A stretch of DNA of 63,861 nt, filler included, from Hyphochytrium catenoides (GCA_900088475.1; 16 parts of 16 records of this genome joined end to end with filler, not necessarily neighbours in it), one strand, 5' to 3'; positions 1-12,699 are shown, counted from the first letter of the whole stretch. Numbers and translations: made by a program. Notes: generated by a model not told the origin, from the sequence alone.

Positions 1-264
1 TAGTCTTCATGGGCCCAAAGGGGCCAATCGGCGTTGGAGGGTTAAGCCAGACAGAGAGACATTGAAAAAAAAGCGAGAGGAGGGGACAGAAGAGAACGGA
101 GAGAGAGATACACACACAGAGAGAACAAGACAATGGGAGAGACAGAGAGAGGTAGAAAGAGAAGAAGCGAGAGGTTAATGTGAGAGAGAGAGAGAGAGAC
201 ACTAGGACTATTACTACCAGTCGTAGAACTAGTACAAAACAGTAGTAGAAAACCAACGTCATCA

Positions 265-369
265 TCATCCATCATCATCACTTTCTCTCGTCAGTTCAGA
301 AGAAGAGGAAGAAGAAACTTCTTTGATGAGGACCGAGGAAGACTTTCTGCTGATGAAGTACTGAGAAGA

Positions 370-429
<60 letters not shown>

Positions 430-1073
430 AGTTACGAGCGGGCACATTGAAGCTTCGCTAGCCATTTTCTATGAAGAATAAACAGAGAAGAGGAGAGAGA
501 CACTTATTATTGGTGCTCACAATCGTCCTCAGTAACTTGGGATGGTGAACTAGGGAAGGTCAAAAACGAGAGAAGGAGAAGAAAGAGAAACAACTAAGGA
601 AGAGGAACGTAAAGATAGCAGACACAGGAGATTGATAATAAAGAAGGAAGAAGAAGAAATGAAAGGCCGAGAAGAAGTCAGTCTTCTTTCTTTCTTCCTT
701 TTTACTCTGATGCTTTGCCGAAGAAGAGAAAGACGACAGACGGCTGTTGATGATGGCAAGGAAAGACAAGAAAGAACTGCTGTTTAATACGTAGGAACTT
801 TGTTCTCTCTCTCTTTATTTAGCTCTTTCAGAAAAGAAGAAAGATTTCTCTCTTCTTCTTCGACCCTCAGTTCCTTCCTGAAGGCAGCAATTTTCTTGCC
901 CTAGAAAGAGCCGTGCGCTTCGATCGTTCAGGAGGAAAGAAAGGAGAAGATACGGCTAATAAAGTGATAACACTGATGGGAGCCTCTCCTTCTCTTTCTT
1001 CTTCTCCTGCTCCACAAAGGAAGAGACCACATTCAGAAAGATGACCAGCTGGATCTGCTCTTCTCTTTTGGCT

Positions 1074-1074
<1 letters not shown>
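265..1074 (-). CDS. 3' exons of an intron-rich hypothetical gene
   Basis: GT-AG-bounded segments splice in frame to ...HHPKLLRTI|KMASEASMCPL|YFISRKSSSVLIKEVSSSSSSELTRESDDDG* (last exon 265-360). Upstream exons are uncertain and no domain is recognised. Confidence 0.35.
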
Positions 1075-1138
<64 letters not shown>

Positions 1139-1640
1139 AATGCATGTCTTTCTTTTCAAAGAAAACAGTGAAAAGTCCATCGTTGTGCCTTCTTTCCCCT
1201 TATCTTCTCTCTCTTCCTCTTATGTACCTAGTGCTTGAGGGCAATGTCTCCTCTACTAGCTAAATATTATGGAACGCTAGCTGTTCCTCTTTCATAATCT
1301 CTGGCGACGACCAAGGCTTTCGGCTGTCTCTCTTCTTTCTTTGCTTCTCTCTTTTCGGCCGTGAATTCTTCAGTGGCTGTCGTTTATTTTTATCATCAGA
1401 GGAACAGAGTAACTCTTAGGGCTAAGAGAGTGAGAGCAACCATTAAGAAGAGAAGAAAGAGAAGAAGAGAGAGAAAAAGAATCATCCATCAGGAGAAAGG
1501 AAGGGTAGAGAGACGAGGAAGAGATAGTGAAAGAGACTAGCAACGTGGAGAGAGCTGTCTCTCGCTCCTTGCTTTCCTCGCGGGAAAAGGAAGAAGGCAT
1601 CATTGTTGAATATCCTCAACAAATAAGTGTAACAATCAAG

Positions 1641-1689
<49 letters not shown>

Positions 1690-1821
1690 AGACTGCCCAT
1701 CCGCGTCTTCCACATGGGAGAGCACATTCTTCTTGTCATCATGGATGGCAAAAACGTGACAGGAAGTCCAGCCATCGCCGTTGCCTTATTAGCAGGCCTG
1801 GTTCAGCATCTTTTCACTTTA

Positions 1822-2631
1822 TTAAGATGAGAAGAGAGAAACGATCTCGTCTGCTGGTAAGTGTTGTCTCTTCTCACTCTTCCTCTCCCTCGGGAAGATC
1901 CTAGCTTGGCTGTCCTTCTTTGGCCCTTCTTCAGCACCACGTAGTTTCTCTAGTTGGTCGGCCAAATTTTTCAGTTCTGCGCGCGTGAGAGTGTCTGCCC
2001 CTGAGGTCTCTCCCGGCTTTACTTCTTCCATCCGGAGATACTTATTCACTTCTCTTCCTCCTGTTGCATCTGCTGTTTCTCTCTTCTCTCCTGATTCTAC
2101 ATTCTCTCTTCCTTTTGTCCTTTTAGACAAAGCGCTCTTGGCTTTCCTCCAGAAGAGAGAAGACGCGATCATCTTCTGCTTGGTGTTTTTCCATAGACTA
2201 CTGGCCTTAGCCTGAACGTAGGATCTGGAGAGAGAGACGAACGAAGAAATTTTCCCACGCTGCAGGCTTCTCCTCCTCCGTTCTGTCCTAATCTCTTCTT
2301 CTTCTTCTCTCTCCTCATGGTGTTGTCGCCCGTGATTGATGGAGGAGAGAGAGAAAGAGGGAAGAGAAGAGACAAAGAATCTCTCTTGATTATCTTCTTG
2401 GAGGAGAGAAATGGGGAGAGATTGTGATGATGATTTGACTATTGAAAAGAGAGGCCGTTCTCTCTCTCTCTTTGTCGAAGAACTAGCAGACCAGACGTGC
2501 TGGCTACCATCCGGGCGAAAGAAGACAGGAAACGGGAGAGATTGCTCTCTTCTCTCTCTCCTGAGAAAACTGTCTGCGTGCACCGTAGTGAGAATGCAAA
2601 GAAGCAAAAAAGAGGATTTCGTTCCTAGCAT
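1822..2631 (-). CDS. Hypothetical protein with signal-peptide-like N-terminus
   Basis: 269-aa ORF from ATG. MLGTKSSFLLLCILTTVHA resembles a signal peptide. The C-terminal half is non-repetitive and there are several basic clusters. Confidence 0.4.
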   Translation of the reverse strand: MLGTKSSFLLLCILTTVHADSFLRRERREQSLPFPVFFRPDGSQHVWSASSSTKRERERPLFSIVKSSSQSLPISLLQEDNQERFFVSSLPSFSLSSINHGRQHHEEREEEEEIRTERRRRSLQRGKISSFVSLSRSYVQAKASSLWKNTKQKMIASSLFWRKAKSALSKRTKGRENVESGEKRETADATGGREVNKYLRMEEVKPGETSGADTLTRAELKNLADQLEKLRGAEEGPKKDSQARIFPRERKSEKRQHLPADEIVSLFSS

Positions 2632-2867
2632 CTTCCTATCTTTTCTATCGCTCTCTTTCTCTTTCTCTCTCTTTCTGTGTATTCCTCTTTTCTCTCGCGC
2701 TCACTTTTTCTGTTTTTTAAGCGTCTTCTGTTCAGGGTCTGGAGGAGAAAGGGAAGGAAAGGAAATTGGGAAGTGACAGGACTATTGCGTAGTCTCCCAT
2801 GGAGGAAGAGAAAGGAGAACCAAAAGAGAACAGAGAAGAGTGGGAGAAGAGAGAAAGACCACGAAGT

Positions 2868-2904
<37 letters not shown>

Positions 2905-3371
2905 AGAGAGCTCTAGCTATCCCTGTATGGGATGCGAAACTAGGAGTGAGGATCGCGCCCGTCAGAGAAAGAGGAAAGAAGTGAATACGTTACCCTGGAG
3001 ATGAATAATGTTTCAAAGGGGAAGGAGATACGAGAGAAAGAGAGAGCGAAAGAGAGCGAGAGAAAGACGGAAAGGGAGAGAAGAAGAGACCAAAATAAAA
3101 AGAGGAGGCCTGCCATTGATCTCTGCTGGCAGGCGGGGCCATCATCAATTTAACGACGGTAGGCACAGAGGCAAAGGACAAGAACGAAGGGAGAAGAGAG
3201 AGAAGATAGAAGGGAGATAGGGAGACAAAGCGCGGCAGAGCGAGAAGAAAGAAACAGGTTGTTTGAGAGAGAGAGAGAGAGTGTCGTGAAAGGGAAAGGT
3301 TAGGGAGAGAAGAAGAGGTTAAGAAGGAGGAGGGAAAGAGTGGAAGGTGAAAAGAGAGAGAGAGAGAGAGG

Positions 3372-3411
<40 letters not shown>

Positions 3412-3719
3412 CGGTGTGAAGAAGAGACGGAGACTTGGGTGATCGAGGGAGGAGGAACGGAGGATAAACGGGATTTGAGAGCCAGACCAGCAAGACAGTG
3501 ACGCCAAGAGGTAGTAGTCGAGAAGGAAGCAAAAGAGGAAGAAAGGGAGAAAAGAGAAAGAGAAAAAAGAGAGAGGGAAGGAGAGAAAAGAGAGAGAGAC
3601 AGAGAGACACGAAGCCCTGTTCAGACATACACAGGGACACCAAAAGGTATTCGAGAAGAACGCAGAAGACGAAGGAGAGAGAAGCGAGAGAGAGGAACAG
3701 AGAGCGAAACAGAGAGAAC

Positions 3720-3751
<32 letters not shown>

Positions 3752-4576
3752 CGGAGAGGCACGAAGTATTAAATTGATGATGAGATAACTTTTACATTAT
3801 GCGAGGCAAGAGTGCACCTTGTCATGGCGTCATGTCCGTTTACTTTTCTCTTTATTTCCCATCTCGCGCTCGCTCTCTTTCCTCATTTCATCATCCTTTT
3901 GATGTGTGAGATAGAACTACTCTCTCCCCTCCATCCCGACCCTTCTTTACCACTCGTTTCTCTTTCACTTTTCTCTCTCCTCCACGTACTTCCAGTCTCT
4001 TTCTTCCTCGCTGTTTCCCAGAGTCAGCGTTAGAACCATGATGTTCTATTCCTCCGGGGATTGGGCTACACGCTCGATTGACCTTCAATAATAAGCAAAC
4101 TCTCTTGCTCTCTCATTTATTTCCTTTTCTCTCTCTCTCTCTCTCTCTCCCCAGTTCTGTCTCTTGTAGTGCTCCGTCTCTCTGTCTCTCCTTTTCCTCT
4201 CACTCTCTTTCCTTTCCTTTGAATTTACACAGAGAGCCGGGAAAAGAATAGGTTTCTACAATTGCTCACGATCTTCATCTTAGTCTCCCCGTAGCAGCCC
4301 AACAACATCAATCAGCCGTTGTAGACCAACCACCGAAAGTGGGAGAAGAGAGAGAGTGACAGGGAGAAAGACAGAGGAAGAACGGGCAACCAGTACGGGT
4401 CATTTGTGAATGGGGAGAAACAAGTTGTACCATTATTAACGAGAGAAAGACTTTTTTTGTTCATAATATAAAACAAAGTGGAAAAGTCGGAGTCCAAAAC
4501 TGGCAGCGAATGAGAGAGAAAGAGAGACAAGAGAGAAAGAGAGAGAAGAGAGAGAAAGAGAGAGAAGAGAGAGAAA

Positions 4577-4615
<39 letters not shown>

Positions 4616-4619
4616 GAGA

Positions 4620-4679
<60 letters not shown>

Positions 4680-5212
4680 CTATGGCAGAGTCGGGAGAAA
4701 GAGAGGGAAGAGTGTAGAGAGCCGTAAACTTAACCCTAAGTCGCACAGGCCCATTGTTATTTTTATATAGATAAAAAACGTATTTTATAGACTTTTCATG
4801 ACCAGTAAGTAAGTATTTAACGTTTTCATGACCAGTACCTGTCAAATCGCCATTGTTTTATTAATGAAGCGCTTAGGTTTACTAGTTTTTCCAAGTAATA
4901 CCTTCCTATCATTACCTGTAGTACTTTATAGTTATAAGTTGGGTAACAAATAAGAAGGTGAAGTAACAAGTAAGTACTTAACCTCCGTAGTTTTTGACAC
5001 TACTGTTTTACCAGTCTCCCCGATGAAGTACTTGTACCCGTAGTACCGTAGTTTGCAATACTGACTCCTATCATAAATAACTGTAGGAATAGGGGATACC
5101 AGTTATCAAGAGCAGAAGATCTCCACCGGTTCGTGCTGGTGTATTCCGGGCTATAGGGCTGCAAACGGCTACGATAACTCAAGCTCTGATCTATTGACTG
5201 AGGGTGACGCGC

Positions 5213-5233
5213 GTTAGGGTTAGGGTTAGGGTT
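5213..5233 (+). repeat. Interstitial telomeric repeat (TTAGGG)3
   Basis: GTTAGGGTTAGGGTTAGGGTT directly abuts the LINE truncation point. Confidence 0.9.
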
Positions 5234-6130
5234 CTACGCCCTACCATTCTCTATGGCACTCAACTCTTCCCTCTAAGGAGTAAAGCGGAGAAGTTCCAGA
5301 AGAAAGTAGCCAGACTGATTTGCGGGGCTTTCCAAAATACGGAAACCAGCAAGGTGTATGAGGTCCTCGGTTGGTGGAGATTAGAGGCACACGCTGATAA
5401 GTCCTGTTTGTACTTTGCACAACGGGCTATCAACTCACCCTATAAGTTGGCTCGTGATTGCGCTAGAGATCAACTAGAGCTTGGACTCTCTTGGGGATCG
5501 CGAGTGCAAACACTATGTGCAACTTATGGTATTTCTCTCCAACAACTAGAGGATGTGTCCGACCAGAAGAATCGGGAGTCGGCTTATCAGGATCTGAAAG
5601 AGGCTTTACTCTCTGCTTTAGAACGTAAAGAGCTCGAGTACCGTCATGAAAGCCAATCTCTGGGGGAAGTTGTTCTCCACCAAAAGGAGCACCCTTCCCT
5701 ACTTCTACGGTATGGAGGTGACTTGGTTCGTTTCGGCTTTCATGTGGTATCAATCGATATAACCCACGTGATGTTGGTGACCTACCTTGTCATCTCTGTG
5801 GCAAATCTTGGGACACCCCTCAACACCTTCTATTTGAATGTCATGGAAGAAAATCGACATCAGAAGAGCTCTCAACTCTCCAGCAGAAAATTGCTTGTAT
5901 ATGGACACGCCTCCCAGCCGAAATGCAGCTGGATTGCACTATGGCGGCTTTCAAAGCTCTTTTTTTGAAGGAGTTAGACTCAGTCGACCCTTCCCTAATA
6001 AGAGAATTCCTTAAGGTATTGCAGGAGATATATCACCTTCGTGCAAGACATCGTAAGTAGACAGTCTAACGGGGACAAACTAAGAAGAGGTAGGCGTTTA
6101 CCTAATTGTCTTAAATAAACAGTAGTTCTC
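5231..6130 (+). mobile_element. 5'-truncated non-LTR (LINE) retrotransposon: RT C-terminus plus CCHC zinc knuckle, frameshifted
   Basis: VLRPTILYG...FQKKVARLICGAF...VYEVLGW is the typical post-RT LINE region. After a frameshift near 5740 the frame reads PCHLCGKSWDTPQHLLFEC (CX2C-X8-H-X4-C) and stops at 6060. Confidence 0.8.
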
Positions 6131-6157
6131 GGTTAGGGTTAGGGTTAGTAACCCTAG
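6131..6157 (+). repeat. Interstitial telomeric repeat with a short inverted copy
   Basis: GGTTAGGGTTAGGGTTAG followed by TAACCCTAG, about 70 bp after the LINE stop codon. Confidence 0.85.
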
Positions 6158-7429
6158 ATAGGTAAAAGAGCCTGTACGCTTTTTTAAAGTAGCCTATATT
6201 CCAGGACCTCACGGTTCATAAGCTCGCTAATGAACTGACGGGCTAACGCCAACGTCTAGACTCTTCTAATAATATATAAAGAAGAGGAGCTCAGAATGAA
6301 TGATCCTGTACAGGTGGATAATACTTTTCAGAATAACCTAGCAACGCGGTTAGGAATGTAAAACAAGACTTCAGAAGCTTATTAGGGTTATCTTTTTATA
6401 AGACAGCATGAAAATAGGAAGAGAAGAAGACCATTTCTCTTCTTTCCTCTTCTGCACGATGAACAATTTTGGGGATAATCAATAGTCAGTCTCTGTAATA
6501 TGTGAGACTGCTGCAAGTCTCCAGAGAGTGAGAGAAAGAAGGTGCTCTGTCTGCACCTTGGCTGGCCAGGCCTCAGTTCAGACAAGCACCACGCAGGGGG
6601 GGAAAGACTTCACGGGAACACACGTAAGTAGCAAAGGAGTGTTTTGTACTTCAGAAAGAAAGAAGCTTATTAACTGAGATATAGAGGATAAGAGGGAGTC
6701 TCCCTTACGATGAGAGAGTCAGTCTACCACCTGAGAAATACAAAGATTGATAAAGAAAAAACATCCAAGAGAAGTAGTGTCGACAGGCTATTCTAATAGT
6801 TAACATGCAAAGAGAAAGAGGGAAGAAAAGGAAAAGGAAGAAGAGAGCACCCTTCGTCAGAGCCATTAGTTCGTTGTTGCCGACTCTAGTCGGGACTACA
6901 ACCCGCCCTAACGGTACTCTCAAAGAGGAGAGGTCACATCCCATACACCGGTCGATCCGTGTCCAGGGCGCAATCAAGTGGTTAGCAGCCGTCAGAGGAG
7001 ATACACATATATAACAGGTTCATTAGAGCTCAATATTATTGTCTCTCCTCCTGACGAGTTCAACTTCTTTTTTCTTCTCTGTGGCATCGAGTCCTCATGT
7101 TCTAAAAACATCACCTTCTTCTTCAGCCAAGCTCCTCTTCTACTGTTGTCACTGATTCGTCACGCTCTATCCCTCAGCATTAACATGCAAAAAAAGTCTA
7201 CGGCTATCAGCAACTTTTTTTTTCTCTTCTTCTCTTTCCCATCTGTGAAGTGAGGCGCGTTCTCTTCTTTCATAGGCAGAAGCATAAAGGCAGCAATTGC
7301 TTAGGAAGAAGAGGGAGATTTCCTGCACGGTTTCTATGATTGGCGCCCGCCATTTGAAGAGTACGGAGAGAGAGAGAAAGAGCAAACCGCGTGGTGCTAT
7401 CAAGAAAGAGGAAAAAATGATGAGAGAGA

Positions 7430-8860
7430 GAGAGACGCGGACAACAAATGAGCCCAGTGGTGGAGAGATTGAGAGAGACACAGAGAGAAGACGAAAAAAG
7501 GAGAGAAGGAAGGCCGTAAGAGACATAGATAAAGAAAGGGGAAGAAGGGAAGAGAGAGAGAGAGAAGCGAATGAGGGTGAGCCCCCTCGTGGAGAGAACG
7601 GGTGAGACTAAGAGAAGAAAGGGAGAGAGAGAATCTTTCTTTAAGCACCGCAGGGACAGCCGGAAGGCGTAAGAGACAACATAGATCAAGAAAGAGGAAA
7701 AAGGGAAGAGAGAGAGAGAGACGTGGACGAGAGTGTGCCCAGTGGTGGAGAGATAGATAGATACACAAAGAGAAGAAGAGAGAGAGAGAGGGATTCTCTG
7801 CTCAAGCACCACAGGGACAACCGGAAGGCGTAAGAGATATAGAAAAAGGAAGAGGAATAAGGGAACAGAGAGAGAGAGACGTGGACGAGAGTGTGCCCAG
7901 TGGTGGAGAGATAGATGGAGACACAGAGAGAAGAAGAGAGAGAGAGAGAGAATCTCTGCTCAAGCACCACAGGGACAACCGGAAGGCGTAAGAGATATAG
8001 AAAAAGGAAGAGGAATAAGGGAACAGAGAGAGAGACATGTACGAGAGTGTGCCCAGTGGTGGAGAGATAGATGGAGACACAGAGAAGAGAAGAGAGAGAG
8101 AGAGAGAATCTCTGCTCAAGCACCACAGGGACAACCGGAAGGCGTAAGAGATATAGATCAAGAAAGAGGAGAAAGGGAAGAGAGAGAGAGAGACGTTGAC
8201 GAGAGTGTGCCTAGTGGTGGAGAGATAGGGAGAGACACAAAGAGAAGAAAGTGAGAGAGAGAGAATCTCTGCTCAAGCACCACAGGGACAACCGGAAGGC
8301 GTAAGAGATATAGAAAAAGGAAGAGGAATAAGGGAAGAGAGAGAGAGAGACGTGGACGAGAGTGTGCCCAGTGGTGGAGAGATAGATGGAGACACAAAGA
8401 GAAGAAGAGAGAGAGAGAGAGAATCTCTGCTCAAGCACCACAGGGACAAGGCGTAAGAGATATAGAAAAAGGAAGAGGAATAAGGGAACAGAGAGAGAGA
8501 GACGTGGACGAGAGTGTGCCCAGTGGTGGAGAGATAGATGGAGACACAGAGAGAAGAAGAGAGAGAGAGAGAGAATCTCTGCTCAAGCACTGCAGGGACA
8601 ACCGGAAGGCGTAAGAGATATAGAAGATGGAAGAGGAAAAGGGGAAGAGAGAGAGAGACGTGGACGAGAGTGTGCCCAGTGGTGGAGAGATAGATAGATA
8701 CACAGAGAGAAGAAGAGAGAGAGAGAGAATCTCTGCTCAAGCACCACAGGGACAACCGGAAGGCGTAAGAGATATAGAAGAGAGAGAGAGACGTGGACGA
8801 GAGTAAGCCCAGTAGTGGAAGAGAACGGGAGACCCAGAGAGAGAAGGCAGGCGTAAGAGC
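7430..8860. repeat. Tandem satellite, ~157-bp unit, ~8-9 copies
   Basis: The core GGACAACCGGAAGGCGTAAG (one copy shortened by 6 nt) recurs at 7815, 7973, 8129, 8286, 8444, 8596 and 8750 (period 152-158), with degenerate flanking copies. Confidence 0.95.
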
Positions 8861-9825
8861 CAGAGATGATGTGAAAAGCATAATGATAAAGAAAATATTA
8901 TAAAGCTTAGATAAATAGAAGGAAGTTGGTGGCCTAGTAAGAGGTAGTCGTACAACGATCAAGAAAATAAACTTATAAAAGACTCTCAACCCATCAGAAA
9001 AGAGAGAGAGAGAGAGAGAGAGAGAAAGAAAGAGAGAGGCCGACACAGAGAGAGAGAGAGAGAAAGAAAGAGCAACAAGGATAAATTTGAATTTAACTAA
9101 GTGGCACGAGGAAGAGAAAACAGGATGATGCCGCATAATATAAAATGAAAAGAAAAGACGGAAAAGAAGGGGAGAGAAACGGCATCATATTCATCGTGCC
9201 TGCTCTTCTCTTCCCTTTCTCCATATGAATCGAAAAGGAGGGAGAGAGAGGGACAAGAGGAAAGAAGAGAGACAGGATCCTCTCTCTTTCCTCTTCCTCC
9301 TATCCCTCATCTCCTCTCTTCTTCATTTGATCCTCCACGCCACCAATCGCAGCCTTGAGGTTATAGCATTGCCACTGGCGATAGGAGGAGAGAGAGCAAG
9401 AGAGAACCGTAGTAGGAAAAGAGAGAGAGAAAGTGAAGTTAGTCATCGCTGCAAAAATGAAGGATCTTGGTCTCTCTCTCTCTCTCTTGCGTCGTTCCTC
9501 CTCCGGACAATTAGCGGAGGGTCCGCCCTATCTCTCTTATGTCCTCAAGCATTAATATTATCGTCTGCTCAACTGCTCAAGGAGGGAGAGACCCTCTCTT
9601 TCTCTATAATTCGTTCCCTGCCTATAGCTCTCGTTCCTCTATCGCGTTTTTCCTCCTCTTTCTCTCTCTCTCTCTTGTTCTGTCTCTCTCCTAGCCTTTC
9701 CCCTCTTCCCCCATCTTACCGCCCCGTACTGTTTTCTCTTTAAGGCTATCTGGTACTACGTCAGCTCCCGATCACTCTCTTCTCTTTACAATCTCTCTCC
9801 TCTCTGTCACCTCACTAACTCCTTC

Positions 9826-9868
<43 letters not shown>

Positions 9869-9885
9869 CTTTTTTTTCTTCTTAC

Positions 9886-10959
9886 CTCCGGCACTATTGA
9901 GTTCTGCTCCATATCCCATGCCTGTTGGTCTGCTTCCTTCGAGAGGACTGGAAAGAAGAGCATACGACTCTCTCTTTCCTGCTACTTCTCCTCCATTTCC
10001 TGCTTCTTTCTCTCTCATTTCGAGAAGGAGAAGGCCGTCTTCTAGTATTGTGCTGGACGCTCTGTCTTCCTCCTCCAATTTTCTTTGCTTGCCTCTTCTT
10101 CTCTCTTCCTCGTGCTGATGAGGAGCTTGGAAAGAAGAAGAAGAGAAAGAGGAAGAAGTATCGAAACTGTCTCTCTCTCCACTCTCACTCGATCTTTCCA
10201 GCACCGCGCCCAGCGCTTGTCCACCATGGTGCGTTGGAGGAGGACGACCGCGACCGCCGCTACCAGACTGTGAGATGGTGAAAGAGAGAGAGAAAGAGAG
10301 AGAGAGAGAATGAGGAAGGCGGGGAGAGAGAGAGAGACGTCAGTCATAAGGTTGAGTAGCTTTTGCGAAGAATGAGAGAAAAGGAAGATCCTGTAGGACG
10401 TTCCTTTGCCCCTCTCTCTCTATAATTCGTACCACCTCTCTCCCTCTTCTCTCTCTCATTTTCTCTCTCTCACTGTCTCTCTCTCTATATATATATATAT
10501 TCATCTGTTTCACACACTCTCTCTTTCTTTTCTTTCTCTCTCCCACTCACCTCGTCTCCTGTGGTGGTAGTCTTGAGGACTCCTCTTGCTCTCTTTCTGG
10601 CTGACTGGCAGTTTATGAGGTTGAACCCAAAGATAAAGGTGATAAACATCTGAAAAGGAGAGAGGGAGAGAGAGAGAGAGATGCAAAGAATTAAAGAGAG
10701 AGAGAAAGAGAGACAGGTTAAGAGTTAAAAAGAGATAGAAATTAAGCTACTTTGGCTCGTAAGTCACTTCTTCCGTTACGCTATCCTCACTCTGGGGGGG
10801 GGTTCGTTCTCTCTCTCTCTCTCTCTCTCATCTTTCTCTTTCCTCTGCCTTTCCCTCTTGGTCCACTTACCCCCAGACATGCAATGCTGACTCCAGAGGC
10901 TGTACAGTACGCATAGCTGCCGAGGACGAGACAGAGGGAGGGAGCAGAGACACACGAGG

Positions 10960-11006
<47 letters not shown>

Positions 11007-11656
11007 GGCAAAAGCAGAGAGAGGACGACAAAGATGTGGGTTAGAGATTGTGGGGAGACACGCGGAGAGAAAATGATAAAAGGAAAAAGAGGCGGAGAGG
11101 AGAGAAAGAGAGGAAAAAAAGAGTGAGACAGGAGAAAGAACAAGAACTCGTAAGAGAGAGAGAAAGGTACAAAAGAGAGAGAGGCAGAGAGAGAGATGCA
11201 CGCTGCCGGGAAATACACTCATAGCTGGAAGAGGAGGGAAACCAGAGAAAGAGAGACACAATAATGAAGACACATACAACGGCCGGCGGTAAGAAGAAAG
11301 AGAAGAGAACACAAAGAGAGACAGAGGAGAGAGAGAGAGAGCAAGAGAGAGAGAGAGAGAGAGACCTTGTGTCTGCTGCGTAAGTGAGATGCTGGGGCCA
11401 GTAGCGGGCGATGAGAGAGTTGGCAGCGTAGAGCCAAGTCGAGATCATGAACCAGAAAAGGAACACCGTGAAGCACAGGACCTGCAATGGAGAGAGGAGA
11501 GACAGAGAGAGAGAGAGACAGAGAGAGAGACAGAAACAAAGAGAGAGGGAGAAGGTAATATAAGCTTAGGCTGAAACGAGAGAGAGAGAAAAAAAAAGAC
11601 GGAAAGAGAGAGTGAGGGCCAGAGTGAAAGATAGAAAAAGGAAATTGACGAGAGAA

Positions 11657-11725
<69 letters not shown>

Positions 11726-12043
11726 ACCTGCATAATGTACGCCTTAGAAATTCTTCTGCAGTGCTCTGTTGCCCCTTCTGAGCTCGCGGCGCCTCTCAGA
11801 GTCTGAAGCATGCGAAGAGAGAGATAAAGCCCGAACAACCAGACCACAGGGTACAAACAGTGTAGGAGGAAGAAGCTGTACAGACAGAGAGAAGAGAGAA
11901 AGAGAGAGAAAGAGAGAGATGAAAGCAAAGTCAGAAGACCCTTTTTTCATTGTTCCACTCTATTTTTTCTCCTATCCTTCTCTTTTTAGCCCTGCTCTCT
12001 CTTTCTTTCTCTCTCTTTCTTCTTTCTCTCTCTCTCTCTCCTT

Positions 12044-12076
<33 letters not shown>

Positions 12077-12148
12077 TTTCTCTCTCCTTTCTCTCTCCTT
12101 TCTCTCCCTCTCTCTCTCTCTCTCTCTTTTCTCTCTCCTTTCTCTCTC

Positions 12149-12180
<32 letters not shown>

Positions 12181-12657
12181 TTTCTCTCTCCTTTCTCTCT
12201 CCCTCTCTCTCTCACTCTCTCTCCTCTCTGTGTGTGTCTGTCTCTCTCTCTGTCCCCCTTTCCCACTCTCGCTTGCTCTCTTTTCCAGACATTCCCAATT
12301 AATCTCTCCGCCTCTCTCTCTTTACTTTTTTCTCCTGTTGTTCTCTCTGTCTAGCTCTCCCTCTCTCTCTGTGTCTCTATTTATCTATATGTATATATAT
12401 ATACCTCCTGACCACACAATCCCCAGGTCTCTCTTTCTCTCTCTCTTCTCTGTCTCTCTCTCTCTCTTTCTCTCTCTCTCCTACCTCCAGATCACATTCT
12501 CGAATCCTATCCAGCACTGGAAGGCGTTAGGGAGCGGCCCCACCCGGTCCGAGGCCCAGAGAATGATCGCCGTGAGAAGAGGAACAAACGCTGTGCCGAT
12601 GAAATAATAGGAAGAGCGAGACCGAAGGAGAGAGATTGACCGCTGGAGAACGAGGAT
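9886..12657 (-). CDS. Multi-exon 7TM GPCR, cAMP-receptor-like (partial; 5' end lost at contig edge)
   Basis: Spliced exons give TM4-loop NAFQCWIG (12485-12657), TM5 SFFLLHCLYPVVWLFGLYLSL (11728-11875), TM6 VLCFTVFLFWFMISTW, TM7 SGVSIACLG|MFITFIFGFN and a long charged tail. One 1-bp frameshift near 12530 is needed. Confidence 0.65.
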
Positions 12658-12664
12658 CTGAGGG

Positions 12665-12699
<35 letters not shown>

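Noticed and set aside
4722-4760. TAACCCTAA as a telomerase RNA template
   Set aside because: Only a 9-mer with no recognisable promoter, pseudoknot or terminator context.
7430-8860. CRISPR-like array or long repeat-protein ORF
   Set aside because: Whole units are near-identical with no unique spacers, and the long frames arise from low complexity.
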